A stretch of 55,823 bases of DNA, the filler included, from Basidioascus undulatus (Eukaryota): NCBI GenBank assembly GCA_000826855.1. It is 4 parts of 4 records of this genome, joined end to end, with 100 filler letters (N's around TTAATTAATTAA, not from the genome) between each part and the next. Parts side by side here need not be neighbours in the genome. Positions count along the whole stretch, not along the records: positions 13,988 to 27,871 come from JTLS01000775.1; positions 27,972 to 41,848 come from JTLS01000776.1; 2 more parts are not named here. One strand, given 5' to 3'. Made by a program: the position numbers and the translations under genes. Positions 23,923 through 36,500 of this stretch are shown here, piece after piece (within the stretch, counting starts at the first letter, position 1; the number at the start of each line of letters is the position of its first letter). The notes under the pieces are model-generated. The model did not search any database and had not been told where the DNA came from. It saw only the letters and a program-made list of their open reading frames with translations.

Positions 23923-25763
23923 CGACGTGCACAGCAGCGAGAGAGAGAATGTCGGGGGGGGAGCACAGCTACTTGGGCATTGCCGGGGCGAGAGCAACTG
24001 CGCGATGCAGCACAGGAGGAGTGGCCGAATACCGACCACGCTGGAGCAACCGTAGCCGAAGGATGAGTGACTGAAAATGTACAGGGGAAGAAGGCTGGGG
24101 GCAAGTTACAACGGCCAGTACAGTCCGACGGCCGGTTGCGAGCATTGTTGCGTGTGTTGCAGTCCGCCGGCGGGTGGGAGATTTAGAAGCTGGGGCGTGG
24201 CCAACGCTCGGTCTGCCTTGTCAAAAGCAAGGCTTCTTAGACCACCTCCTCCTCAGGGTTCCACATGGATCGGACTGGGCAGTAGGTAAACCTCGTTAAC
24301 CGCGCCCAGGAGCGACCATGCGAAGCAGCTCGTTACCCGCACACCCCCGCGTAAGAGCCGCCGCACTGGCCAGCACGCCAAATGAGCGGCTTCGGGCTCG
24401 CTCAGGCGTCCGAGTCTGTCCAAGTATGCAGATCCCGGCATTGAAGCCATATGCTTTAATATGATTTTGGCTCGGCCACTCCCGAAACCAGAGACAGACA
24501 GGAGTAAGACATTGCTCGAACCGTATCTTCATGATTGCGTCGTCCACAACACAAATTTCGGTTGGCCGGCTCGTTCCTGGTGTTGGAAGATGGCGCATGC
24601 ACGCAGTGCTGGAACCACCATTTAGACTTCGTTTGGTATTAAATCAAAGCGGCTACATCAAGCAGCAGTTCATGTTTGCACAGTCCGCTCAATGAAAATC
24701 TGTGCCGTGCCCCAGGCGGATGCGCATCTTCGAAGACCCATCGCTGCGATCGCCATGCTCGATGCGCGGAACGACTTCGCACGCCACCCACTTCATCTTG
24801 GTACTATCTGCGAAGCGACATTCAGACGACACGATACAATCCGAGCACGGCGTACCTAAGTCCTTTTATAGCCCCTGGTATAGCATACAAGGGCATGAAA
24901 GCACTCAGTAACGTCTGCTCGGAAGACCTGCTGGTCAAAATTTTCTCTTAGACACCGCCTCGGCGTGCGCAGCTGCCTCAGGGCTCTACAACGGTCGAGA
25001 TATTGACCAGCAAAAGGAAAATCCTTCCAGAAGTGACGTTCCGAATTTGAGAAACTACGCCACTCAGTCACGTGGTCCTCCGGTCACGCAGGTCCACGAG
25101 GGTCGAGCGCCCTAACGCGGAGCTCACCGCTGGACCAACCCGACGAAGTGGGTCGGCTCTGTCGTCTCCCAAGCATTCAACATCTCCACCCATCTTGGTG
25201 CGAAGGCCCGCACCCAGCTAGTTTACTGTGAACGTTATACAGACTCTTCGTCAAGTCTAACAATTGGAAGCACACGCATCGGTCACGCTGGAGGTCGTTT
25301 AGCTGTACCCTCCCCCTCGAGCACGTCCTTTCATATTGCGGGAGTCGCGCCTGATCCGCAGCAGGTTGGTCAGCGGTCGGTCACTGAGAAAGATAGCTCT
25401 CAAAGGATAAAGTCGCGCAAACCTCATAACAAAGGAGAAGCACAGTGCTTTCAGGGCAGCCTGCGTACCGCCCCTAGCTCGCAACTGATCGTCCCAGCAC
25501 GTTCTCTCGCGAGTACACGTTGGGGAAATATCAGCGGCATTGAGGGGCGACGTGAAAAACTTTTTCCCAAACGAACATACGGAGTGCTGGCGGAAATCCC
25601 GCCAACACACGTGCGCACGACAAGGGCACGCAATGCGGTACCGTTCACGGCGTTTGAGCGAGCCCAGCATCATAGTCAGATGACAACAAAATGCGAGAGA
25701 AGTACAAGTCCTGCTAACGATCCCTCAGCTTCTCCTCCTGCCTTCCACGACTCGCCAAGCAGA

Positions 25764-27871
25764 TCAGTCGGCGATTTCGACCGAGGTGACGACTCCGAGG
25801 CCCTTGGTGCGTCCCTCGCGGAAGAGGAGCTTCATGCCTAGATGTGCATGCGGCGTATTGTCAGAAAGACCGCCAGCGCACGACACAAAGAGAAACTGCG
25901 ACTTGCCCTCTTTGATGTATTCCGGCGTGCTGTATGGGACGGCGATAAGTCAGTTCAGGAAAGCGCAGCCTGGCAGTTATCTTGGTCCGACGTACCTGAC
26001 GAACTCAAACAGGACATTCGCGCGGTCGCCAGTTCGCAGCAGACCCTTCTCGTTGTCGAGGCCGACAACCCGTACGGTCTGCCGGACTGCACCGATATGG
26101 GCCATGGCCTACCACCAGGTGTCCCTGTCCGTCAGCGGTGGCAGCCCTAGATACAGAGTCAAAAAGAAAACTCTACCTGATACGACGGCTTGATAGTGGT
26201 CTGGTGGCTGAAAACCAAACGCGTTAGAGATTGACCAGGCATGCGAGTTGTTGTGCGCTTACTAGAGGACCAGTATTGAGCCCGTGAAGCGGCGGACGGC
26301 TGTGGACAAGGATTTCTTCAGCATTCATCGACAAGAATGAAATAATTGGGATGTCCTGTTCAACTCACCTTTAGGCGGAACCTCCGACTTGGCGAGGATG
26401 ACCTGCCCTTTCCGCACAGCGGTGCGCCTGACGCGCTTGAGAGCCATGGAGACGCTCTGGCCGGCCTCAGCAGCCGCAACGTTAGCGCGCTGAGCGGGAC
26501 AGCGCAAGACATGTCAGCAGTGACTTCGGCAGTTAGGAGGGAAGAGAAACGCACCTTCCGCTGGATGGACTTGACCGTCGTCGACGTCCAGTGCCCGAGA
26601 GAGTCCGGTCCTAGCAAGATCTGGTCCCCAGGCCGAACAGAGCCCGTGAGGATGACTGGCGCGAAGTGTCAGAATCGCATCCGAGCATTACGCAGAAGCA
26701 CACGACCACTTACTTCCATTGACGACAGTGCCGCTAGCAAAGTAAGCTTGTCAGCGGCGACCAGATGATACACGATTGCACGAAAGACTCACGCGAAAGG
26801 GACGGAGTAGACCTCGTTGATCTGGTACTCAAGCGGCTGCTCAACGATCTCACGACCGCCGTACGATTGCGGAAGGCAGTTGAGGAAGAGCTTGAGGTCG
26901 TCGACGCCCGCGCCAGTCACGTTCGAGATGAGGAAGATCGGGGCGAGGCTGAAGTAACCTGCATGTCAGTGGACAGTCAAATGAAGCGTAGTGTGATTGT
27001 TCTGACGAACCGGTCCTTCACGAACGACTGCGACAGCTCAACCGCAATTTCCTTCGATCTTACGAACACGGGTGACTTTCTGCAAGGGCGCAAAGCGAAT
27101 CAGCGCTGTGGGGAGGGCTAGTGCAACAGGACGTGCAACCTACCTGCACCCCGGGCTCTTCAGGATCTTGCTGAGCTGCTTCAGCGTCTGCTCGAGCACG
27201 TGCGGCGGGCACATGTCGATCTTGGTGACGCAGACGATGACGGGCACGTTGAGAGCGAGGGCGACAGCTGCACGCGCGAGGACCTCAGACTGTCTTGTTC
27301 GTTCGCTTACCCAGCAGTCTATGGGTACGCACCGAGATGCTCCTTCGACATCCCTATCAAGCCTGCGTTGGAGGCGACCATGAGGATGACAAAGTCCGGT
27401 CTTGATCCGGTAAGGCCGAAGATGGTCGTCTTGAGGTACCTGCCTTACACGTGCGGGGTGTGAGCGCTGTACCAGGCAAGGCAAGACAAGGCAGAAGAGA
27501 GAGAGAGGGAGCACGAACCTCTCGTGCCCGGCAAGGTCGATGAACGACACGATCTTGCCGCTTCTTCGGCAGATCTCGTCCCACGAGAGCTTCTCTCTTC
27601 GGCTGCCCTCGGTCGTCGCGGGGGAGGCGACGACCTCGTGCCCGGCGGGGTCGAAGCCCACTGCGAAAAGCAACCCATCTCAGCCTCTTCCTCCCTTCCG
27701 AACGCGCGTGCCGGATAGTACGCACTGATTTCGAGCCCGACCTGCGAGTTCCGGGCGTGTGAGCCGGGGGGTGATCGGGAGATGAGGGAAAGCACGCACA
27801 CTCGAAGTACGCCCGGACTCGATCTCGTGCTTGTGGCGGAACAGGTTGACACGCATCTGCATTGTTGGGGG
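25764..27871 (-). CDS. GTPBP1: Translational GTPase GTPBP1 (AGP family), 5'-truncated by contig end
   Basis: [64 protein letters not shown]-Tu-like domains II/III ([26 protein letters not shown]); stop TGA 25764-25766. Confidence 0.92.
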
Positions 27872-27971
27872 NNNNNNNNNNNNNNNNNNNNNNNNNNNNN
27901 NNNNNNNNNNNNNNNTTAATTAATTAANNNNNNNNNNNNNNNNNNNNNNNNNNNNNNNNNNNNNNNNNNNN
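27872..27971. other. Artificial contig-joining spacer
   Basis: 44 N + TTAATTAATTAA + 44 N. Confidence 0.99.
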
Positions 27972-28296
27972 GTCGAACGTAAGTCTGCGGTCCTTTTCCT
28001 TTTCCCTCTTCGCGTTTCCTCCTTTGTGGGGGTGGGGGCGTGTAGAGGTGGAGGAGGGTAAATAGAGACTGTTGCGTCGTAGGCAAGATATCAGCAACGA
28101 AGAGCGGGGGAGGGAGGGGAAGGAGGAAAAGACGCACCAGCACGACTCCCCCCAGGCCGCAGAAGAACGCAGCGAAGAGGACGTGTGGGGGCGGGTTGCG
28201 ACGCTCAATCTCCATCTCTCTACCGCTTTCTCGCTCCTGAGCCGAAGGAGGAGGTTGTAGTTGGTAAGGGCCAACGAGGGAAAAAGTGGGGGACAT
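27972..28296 (-). CDS. Possible 5' end of a hypothetical gene with a hydrophobic segment, truncated by contig end
   Basis: ORF MSPTF...HVLFAAFFCGLGGVVL followed by a typical intron (GTGCGT donor ~28136, pyrimidine tract, CTGAT branch, CAG acceptor ~28068), then open to the gap. No family recognised. Confidence 0.35.
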
Positions 28297-29991
28297 GGCG
28301 GGTCGGGCAGCGAAGGATGGCTGATCGATTCAACAACACGACACGACACACGACACACGCCGATGCCGACGCCGACTGGCAAGCGCGTGAAAGCCAAGCG
28401 AGGGTCTACATTGTCGAGTGCATCCGAATCAGGCCAGCAGGCGCAGGGGCAGAAGGAAGACAAGCAAGGTCGGAAGTCAGCTCACAACGCGCGAAGGAAA
28501 GAAGGCAACACGCGCCATGGACGCGGCTTACGAGGGCGGATGCAATTCCGTATCTTATCTGCTCCTCCTTCTTTCTTCAACACAACAGCAACAGGAGACG
28601 AGGGATATAGGGAACGGGGATGGGATAAGGATCGTGGTGATGGTGGTAGTGGTGGTAGGAACGGTGGTGCATTTTCGCTCGACTGGCCTGCTCCGACACC
28701 CGATCCATAGAGATTGGACGGGGCTGGAGAGAGGCGAGAAGCGGGCGATGGGTGCTGGTGGGCCCCGGGAATTGGGGCCTCACTCATCGGCGGGCGGCCA
28801 TCGGCACGGTGGTTCAGCACCAGCTGCTTTCTCAGCCTTGCAGTTGACGCTTTTATCACTCAGCACGCTGAGATCGCTGTCCCCCTCTGTATCCACCTAG
28901 ATTTATTCGTATTGCAACTGGATGTTATTCGCATGATGCTTGTGCGGACTTGGCAGACATGAAAATTCAGGGGAAAAAAGGGGAAGTACGGAAGGAGGAC
29001 GCGCTGTTCGGGAAGCTTTTCGGCCCCGTCACGTTGGCCGGCGGGCGAGCCGGGCTCCGAACTCCCGGGCGCCGACCCCCGCGGCCCGCGATCGCGTCAG
29101 CGGGGTTTGCGCAACGGGGGGACTGCACCCGATCTGAGAGTTGCAAAAAGGCCTTGAAGAGTCGATTGTGATTGGTGAGGTGGTTGTATGAAACTGCAAT
29201 GGGCACCAAACAAGGCCTGCAGGAAACATACAGTGAAGTGTAATGAAGTCCTGCACCGGCCGGGTCCCTTGGGAGAGGGACGACGCTGGGGACCATCCTC
29301 CTCGGAAAGGGACGGTTTCTGTCCAATCAAGGGACAAGAAAAAAGTAAGAAGAAAGGGCATGATGTAGTTCATGAGCGAGAGAACTGGATTCCCTGAGCA
29401 GACTGGGCACTCTGAGTCTTCGGTGGAACATTTCTGCTGGACCCAGAGTGACAGCAACGGTGTCGCAGTGCCTGGCCGGTTGGATATGCGGTATGGTAGT
29501 CGAGCGTGCACTTCGCAAAGCAAGGATCCTTTACGATTCATAGGTAGTTAATCACATGCGTAGGAGGGGCGGGCAGACAAAAGGCGAGGCCGCTGGGAAT
29601 GCGAACTGGTGCGAAACAAATCCAATACGCTTTGGTGGTCCCCACATTAGGCTGATGGAGGTGGTTGTGCCCAGGTGAGAAGGGAGGTTAACTGCTCCTG
29701 ACGGAAGGAGTTCGGTGCGAGCTGCGCTGCGAGAGGCCGCAACGAGGGTGCACCGGCATTAGTTTAAACTTCGCGACTCTAGTTAACATGTAAACGGACC
29801 CCTCCTCAGGATATAGCTGAAATTTAATGTTTTTAGTATAGGGGCAGGTGTAGAGCCGACCAGCAGGTCCGGAAAGCGTCGTCTACGGCCGGTCGTGTCG
29901 AATTGTCGATGTTTCCCGCAAACTTGCCTGCTTGGACCCGGCTTGCAACCCCATGTCCACCCTCCCCACAGTGTCTCTCATCTTCCACACC

Positions 29992-30069
29992 ACATTTCAT
30001 CAAGGGTGCCTCAAGACTAAGCAAACGCAGACATTTCATCAAGGGTACCTCAAGACCAAGCAAACGCAG
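29992..30069. repeat. 2 x 39-bp tandem direct repeat
   Basis: ACATTTCATCAAGGGTRCCTCAAGACYAAGCAAACGCAG at 29992-30030 and 30031-30069, two transition mismatches. Confidence 0.9.
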
Positions 30070-30702
30070 TTCTGCCTCCAATCCGCCTCGCCGTGGAGAC
30101 GCAAAGGGGGCAAAGGTTGTTCTTGGGCGTGAGAATTAGGCTGAGTGAGAAGGAGAACTGGAGAAGAACACGGGTCGAGGAGAGCGCGGGTCGAGAAGAA
30201 TGAGGGTAGAGGAGAAGGGGAGTGCGTAGTGGAGAAGAATGGGGTATTCTCGCACCCACGAACAAACGTCCTTTTGCACCTCATCGTCTTTACCCACCAT
30301 CGTTATACCGTGCCAAATTCCTCCGTGTTTCGCAGCTTCGCATGTTTCGCATGTTTCGTCGCTTTGTTGTCGCACCATATTTGTTTTGTAACACATTCTG
30401 ACCCGCACCTCCCATTATGATTTATGCATGGCGTATATGCAGACCGGAGTAGTCACGCCAGGACTGCCGAACGGCAATTTCATGCCCTTCAACGGTCACT
30501 GCGCAGCGTGAAAATGCTGCTGATGAACTGATGAGCTTCTGTCCTGTTTTGTTTTGTGCCGACTGATTCTGGCCAATGGGACATCTGTCGATTCCGAATG
30601 CGAAGTGACATTGCTGCACACGCCGGGTTCCTTTTCACGCCTCTTCTCGACAATCAGCATCGAAACGTACTCAAGTATTGCACTAATGACCTAATACATC
30701 AA

Positions 30703-32886
30703 TCATAACCAGTGGTCCGCCGCCTTCGCCGCCGCTCTGGCGTCGTTCTCCAGCGTGGTGCCCTGCAAGTCCTTCACCAGCCGCTCCTCCACATCCTCGC
30801 GCGAGACTGCCATGGGGCGGTCCCGCTTGGCAAGGAGGTTCGCGTTCGCCGTCGGCTCGACCCACGGGGCGCGGTCCTTGGGGTGCTCGCGGTGGACACG
30901 GCCGTTCTGCGAAAGCAGTACTGTCAGCGACGAAGTGCATCACACCCCAATACATACGGTCAACACGCACAATCATCACGATATCCACGTTCTTGTTGTC
31001 CGACAAAAGCGTGATGTCTTCGAGCGGGTTCCCGTTGACGAGGACGAGATCGGCAAAGTACCCCCGTTGGACCTTGCCGAGCTCGTGCGGGCGCTGCATG
31101 ATCTCGCCGCCGAGCGCCGTCGCGGCGAGGATGGCCTCCATCGGGGAGAAGCCGAGGAGCTTCACAAAGTGCTCGAGGTCGCGGTAAGTCCCGTGAGGGG
31201 ACCAGGCGAAGCTGTTTTTCGGACGGAGTCAGCATCTATCACCGTATGGTGCATGGGAGTGGAAGACGCACCCGTAGTCGCCGCCCGGAAGGATCCGGAT
31301 GCCGCGCCGCTTCATCTCCTTCAGTCCCTCGATCGCGATCTCGAGCTCGCGCGCGTATCCGACTGCTTCGGCCTTGGAGACAGGGTACCCGAACGCCTCT
31401 GCGTCGTACAGCGTCGCGTACAGCCAGTTGATTGCGGGCGCGACGAAGACGCGGTCTTTTTGCGCCTCGAGCGCGTTCATCGTCGTGTCGGAGATGAAAG
31501 AGGCGTGGTAGATCTGGGGACAGGCATGGGTTTGTCAGTCGAGTACGGGTGCGAGTGGATGATTTGATTATTGGATGACGCACAATGTCAACACCGTACT
31601 GCAGGCATTGCAGGATGCTCTCGTCCGAACGAGCGTGTGAGCACACACGGATGCCAGCCTCATGCGCGAGCTACCCCACCAAGCATGCTACCCGTCAGCG
31701 CCATTTACCAAACAGCCCTCGCAAGCTCAAGCGCACCTCCACCGCAGCCGCAACGCTCTCATCCTCGAACGTCGTATCCTCCGCACGCAAATGCTCCGTG
31801 ATCTCCTCGCCGCTCATACTGAGCTTGATCAGATCCACGCCCGTGACAATATGCTCCTTGACGATCTTCTCCGTCTCCGCCCGATCGTCCGCGTACGCCG
31901 TGATGCCGGGGACGAGCGTCCCGTCGCGAGGGGCGATCTCGCGCGCGTTCGCGAGCGCGCGCGGGCCGGGGAGAGAGCCGCTGTTGATTGCGTTCCGGAG
32001 GACGACGTCCAGGCGCTGCTTCGCGGACGCGGCGCCAACGCACATCGTGTAGCCGCAGTCGAGGAAGGTGCGCCTGCCGAATTAAGTGTGTGAGTACGTG
32101 AATGTGGTTGAAGTGAGGGTGAAGGACCGTACGCGGAACGTGCTGAAAACAGCTGCGAAGGGGCAAGAAGTCAGCTTGAAATGCACTCACAGCGTTAGCA
32201 AGGGAGAAACGCATACAGTGTGCTCCTCGATCCCCATCTCTCCCAGAGCATCCAGCGCGCCAGCGTTCGTCCAACTGAAGTGCGTGTGCGCATCAACTGC
32301 GCGAAACAATATCGTCAGCTGCTTTCATCGCCCTTGTAACATGACAGAACAGAACGCACCCATGCCGCTCATGAGCGTCCGCCCCTTCCCATCGATTATC
32401 CTCGCGCCCTGCGCATCCTCCTCAGAGACCGTGTGGCCTACGGATACAATGCGGTTGCCCTTGACGAGGACGTCGCCCCGATAGGGTTCGCGGCCGGTCG
32501 AGTCGAGGATGTTGACATCGCGGAAGACAGTTGCAGCGTCCGGCTTTAACTGAAGACCCATCTCCAAATGAGCGAGTGCCGTAACCCCGACGAAGTCTCA
32601 AGAACAGGACACGTACGCAAGGCATCTCGTACGTGTTAGGTTTGATGCGCGGGTCGGGCTTGGTGAGGTCGACGCCGCGGAAGGCGGGCTTGAGGGGGTC
32701 CCAGGGCTCGCCCAGGCCGTTGAGCTCCGCGGGCGTGGCAGGCGTGACTGGCGCACGCCTCACCCAGGAGGGCGTCTTGAAGCGCGAGGACGAGGGCGCG
32801 ACGGACGGGTTGAACTTGAAGCCGGGGTGCGGGAGACTACCGCCGATGGCAGTGGGAGGGGTCAGGGCGGCGGCGGTGGGTGCCAT
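30703..32886 (-). CDS. Amidohydrolase-superfamily metal-dependent hydrolase (prolidase-like/Amidohydro_1)
   Basis: Beta-sandwich start (DVNILDSTG...IIDGKGRTLMSGM), metal ligands DAHTH, LIKL (Lys), SHAR, IYHAS, GGDYG, C-terminal LGKVQRGYFADLVLVNGNPLEDI; ~90-aa Pro-rich N-terminal extension; stop TGA 30703-30705. Confidence 0.9.
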
Positions 32887-33520
32887 GCTCAGCTCAGGAA
32901 GAGGTCAGATCGAGGGTTTTAGGGATGATAGAGAGTGTTGAACGATTATGTTGAGGTTTGGTTGGCGGTAGCGATGGTAGGTGAGTAAAAAGGAGAACAA
33001 GATTGAGCGTAGCTGACCCCTTCCAGGAACACGCTTATCGTGGCCCCTCACTTGTGAACAATGAGTCAGCCGACGGGTTGCGCTATGGATACAGTTCACG
33101 TGCACCCCCTCGAGATGCTGGGGGCCTTGGTGGACCGGGACGAGCGCATGCATCTTCCCGCTCGAAGCTGGAGCACCGCGGCCGCGGCACCGAGGCCGGG
33201 TGCTGATGCGAGTCGGATAAGGTTGACCGAATGTAAGTGGTTTGAATGTTCGAAAATGAGTATCTCGTGGCCAGGGTAGGTAGCGTTAGTGGAGGGTGCG
33301 CAGATGGTGGGGAAGAGATCTGGGGAGAGGGCAAGCGTTCGCGCGGCTACCTGCGGCTACCCACGGTTAGACCCTGCCTCCCATCCAGCACGAGTGCCCG
33401 GACCTCTGGAGCACTCCGATTCTCTGACTAACCACTTTAGTTGCAGCGAATCCTGCATTCGACGTTGTACCCTCCACATTCCAAGGTTGCAGTTTCAGCG
33501 AGCCGGAGCGTCTTCCTCCC

Positions 33521-33541
33521 CGGGCACCGCTCCGGGAACCG
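33521..33541. promoter_or_regulatory. Two tandem CGG-N3-CCG inverted repeats, candidate Zn2Cys6 factor sites
   Basis: CGGGCACCG 33521-33529 and CGGGAACCG 33533-33541 in the bidirectional amidohydrolase/FAH promoter. Confidence 0.35.
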
Positions 33542-33643
33542 CACTTCACTTTCAACCGGCTCGGCCTACTCTCCCTCTTCTCTACACCTCGATCACACTC
33601 CATTACCTCGACCAATACCGCTATTCATACCTTATCTCCCACA

Positions 33644-35943
33644 ATGAACGTGCCTGTCGTCGCTCACCGCTTCCTCCTTTACCGCCCCGCTCCCAATGCC
33701 TCGCCCCTGCTCGGTCTCGTCGATGACGCTCAAACCACCGTCCGCGCGGTGTTGAACACGAAGACCGGCCAAGCTTACAGCTCCCTCTTCTCTCTGGTCT
33801 CGGACTACCCGGAGCTCTCTGTTGATGAGAAGCTCGCCCTCGTGCCTGGCTCGAAGCGTCCACTCGATAAGGTCGAGAAGCTCGCGCCGCTTCCCGGACG
33901 GGATGTACTCTGTATCGGAAAGAACTGTGCAGACCGCTTTTTTTTTTACTCTTACAGGAATTGCGCTAACAGGAGCTAAATTTCAGACAAGGATCATGCG
34001 CGCGAGTTCCAGCAGTCGGGCTTCGACTCGTCGGACAAGAACGAGCAGCCGTCGCACCCCGTCATCTTCACGAAGCGCTGGACGTCCATCGTCCCGGACG
34101 GTCACCCCATCTACACTCACCCGAACGTGACGGAGACGCTCGACTACGAGGGCGAGCTGGGCATCATCGTTGGCAAGCCGGGTAGGGCGATCAAGAAGGA
34201 GGACGCGTGGAAGCACGTTTGGTGAGCAGGCGCTCTTTGCTGTGATTCTTGATATGTGGCTGACGGCGTAGTGCAGGGGCGCTGTTATCATCAATGATGT
34301 GCGCTTTGATGACGTCCCATTTCGCCCGGTGCGTCCCTGCTGATATCCTCCTGAATAGGTCACGGCTCGCGAGCGTCAGCGCGACCACAAGCAGTTCTAC
34401 ATCGGTACAGCCACATCTCTGTTTCTTTTTAACACAAGCTAATTGTCTATGACAGGCAAGTCGCTCGACACTTTCTGCCCGATGGTGCGGTCCCCTCACT
34501 GCAGCTTCGCATGACTCCTGTGGTCCGCTCACCTTTCCGCCATTCTCCAGGGCGCATTTGTCGTCCCGTCCTCGTCGCTGCCGTGGTCCGACTTGCACCT
34601 CACGACCAAAGTCAACGGCGCGACTCGGCAGAGCCAGAACACGAGCGAGCTCATCTTTGACGTCCCTACCCTGATCGAGACTGCTAGCATGGGCATCACG
34701 CTGCAGCCTGGGTACATTGTTGCTGCGTTTTATGAGATCTCAGCGCAAACTATCTGACGGCCAGAATGCTGCAGCGATGTCATCGCGACCGGCACTCCTT
34801 GTGCGTATTCATTTCCTCGTCGTATCTGGTCCACTAGTTGAGCTCGGATGCTTGACCCAATCCAGACGGCGTGGGCATGGGCATGAACCCCAAGACCTGG
34901 CTCAAGGACGGCGACGTCGTGGAAGTGTCCATCCCGCCCCTCGGCACGCTCCGTAGCCCCATCTCTTCCACCCCGCTGCCCGCCGTTTCCACCCTCCCCT
35001 CCTCCACCGCCTCGGCAGCCGCGGCGGACTCGAACCTGGTGCGCCTGCCGTCGGGCAAGGCGCTGCACGTCGAGGTCTCCGGCCCGGCGGACGCGCCCGC
35101 AGTCCTCTTCATCCACGGCCTGGGCGGCTCGCTCCAGTTCTACAAGCCCGCTATTGACGCGGCCGGGCTCGAGCAGGCCCAGCGCGTCGTGCTCTTCGAC
35201 CTCGAGGGTCACGGTGTGAGCCCACTCGCGAGCGGGGAGCTGTCTGTCGAGGGGTTTGCGGACGATGCGAAGGCCGTGCTCGACTTGCTCGGGATCAAGG
35301 AGGCGAGCGTTGTGGGTCACTCGATGGGTGGTGTAAGTTGATGCGCATTGCTATGCACCCTTGGCGCAGCTAATTCGTGTCCCGCCTCACAGCTTGTTGC
35401 GACTACCTTTGCAGCCAAGTTCCCCAACGTCGTCAAGAACTTGGGTGCGTTTTTTCTCCTTACACTGGATCTCTTCCCGGTGCATATTCAATCCCTCCTC
35501 TCCCAGTGCTCCTCGGCGCCGTCAAGCAGTTCGCCCCGGCCGGGCAGCAAGCGCTCGCCGGCCGAGCCGCGACCGTGCGCGCGCAGGGGATGACTGCTCT
35601 TGCCGACACGATCGTGAAAGCGGGAACCTCTGCCCTCACGCAGTCTTCTAATCCGCTCGTCAAGCACGCCGTGCGCGCCTCGGTCGCGTCCTCGCCCGTC
35701 GAGGGCTACGCGCGTGCGTGCGAGGCACTCGCTGCCGCGCAGGAGCCCGCGTACGAGTGCATTACCGCGGGGAGGACGGTTGTCGTTGCGGGGCGGGAGG
35801 ACAAGACGAGCCCAGAGGCGACGACGGCCTTTTTGCAGGAGAAGATCAAGGGCGCGGAGGTCGTCTGGCTTGAGAACGTCGGGCACTGGCACATCTTCGA
35901 AGATGTCGAGGGCGTTGCGAAGGTGTTCCGGGACGCGCTGTGA
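33644..35943 (+). CDS. Fumarylacetoacetate-hydrolase-family domain fused to C-terminal alpha/beta hydrolase (PcaD/enol-lactonase-like)
   Basis: FAH motifs CIGKNYKDH, PVIFTK, LDYEGELG, NDVTARE, GKSLDTFCPMG, GDVIATGTP; hydrolase motifs FIHGLGG, FDLEGHG, GHSMGG (Ser), GREDK (Asp), VGHW (His); domain junction is within one uninterrupted exon; stop TGA 35941-35943. Confidence 0.92.
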
Positions 35944-36500
35944 TGCGAAAGAGAGTTTTTGAAATATAAATAGACATGTGTTCGACGTTATGGAAGTGCT
36001 TTTGCGAGTAGCTTTGACGAGATAACGGGACTGCCGAAGTCTTTCACGCAGCTCCTTTGGCGCTGGTGCGTAAGCTTGGATGTTTACTGGAATCACTTGT
36101 ATCCAAATTTATTCAGTTTGTCTTTTGCCAATAGCCGGCCTCGTCGGGCTCTTCACGTCGATGCAAGACGAGCTAGCACACAGTACTGAACTGTTCGGCA
36201 TGCATCGCAAAGGTGCCAAGGTCGTGAAGAACGGTGGAGGTCTGGAGGTGCTGGCATCACGAGGAGAAGCTCAATCAACCGTGATAATCGGGGGTTGTTC
36301 TAACGCACGCCTGTACTAGCGTCGGCGTGGTCACGAGCAGCGCCTCCGCCGGCAAGCTCAGACAGAGGAGGAACGGATCTTCGTGTCACTTTCTGCCCTA
36401 TCCTTTGCATTGTGTACCCTCAAGACGCCTCGTACTTCATACAATTCGGCCTCTCCTTCAACCCTCCCGTCACCCAGACTTGCCGTCTTTGTTTCGTCCG

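Noticed and set aside
22524..25700. Homeobox gene as HD2 of a mating-type HD1/HD2 locus
   Set aside because: No divergent HD1 (TALE-type) gene is visible in 23923-25763, and the homeodomain lies in the C-terminal half.
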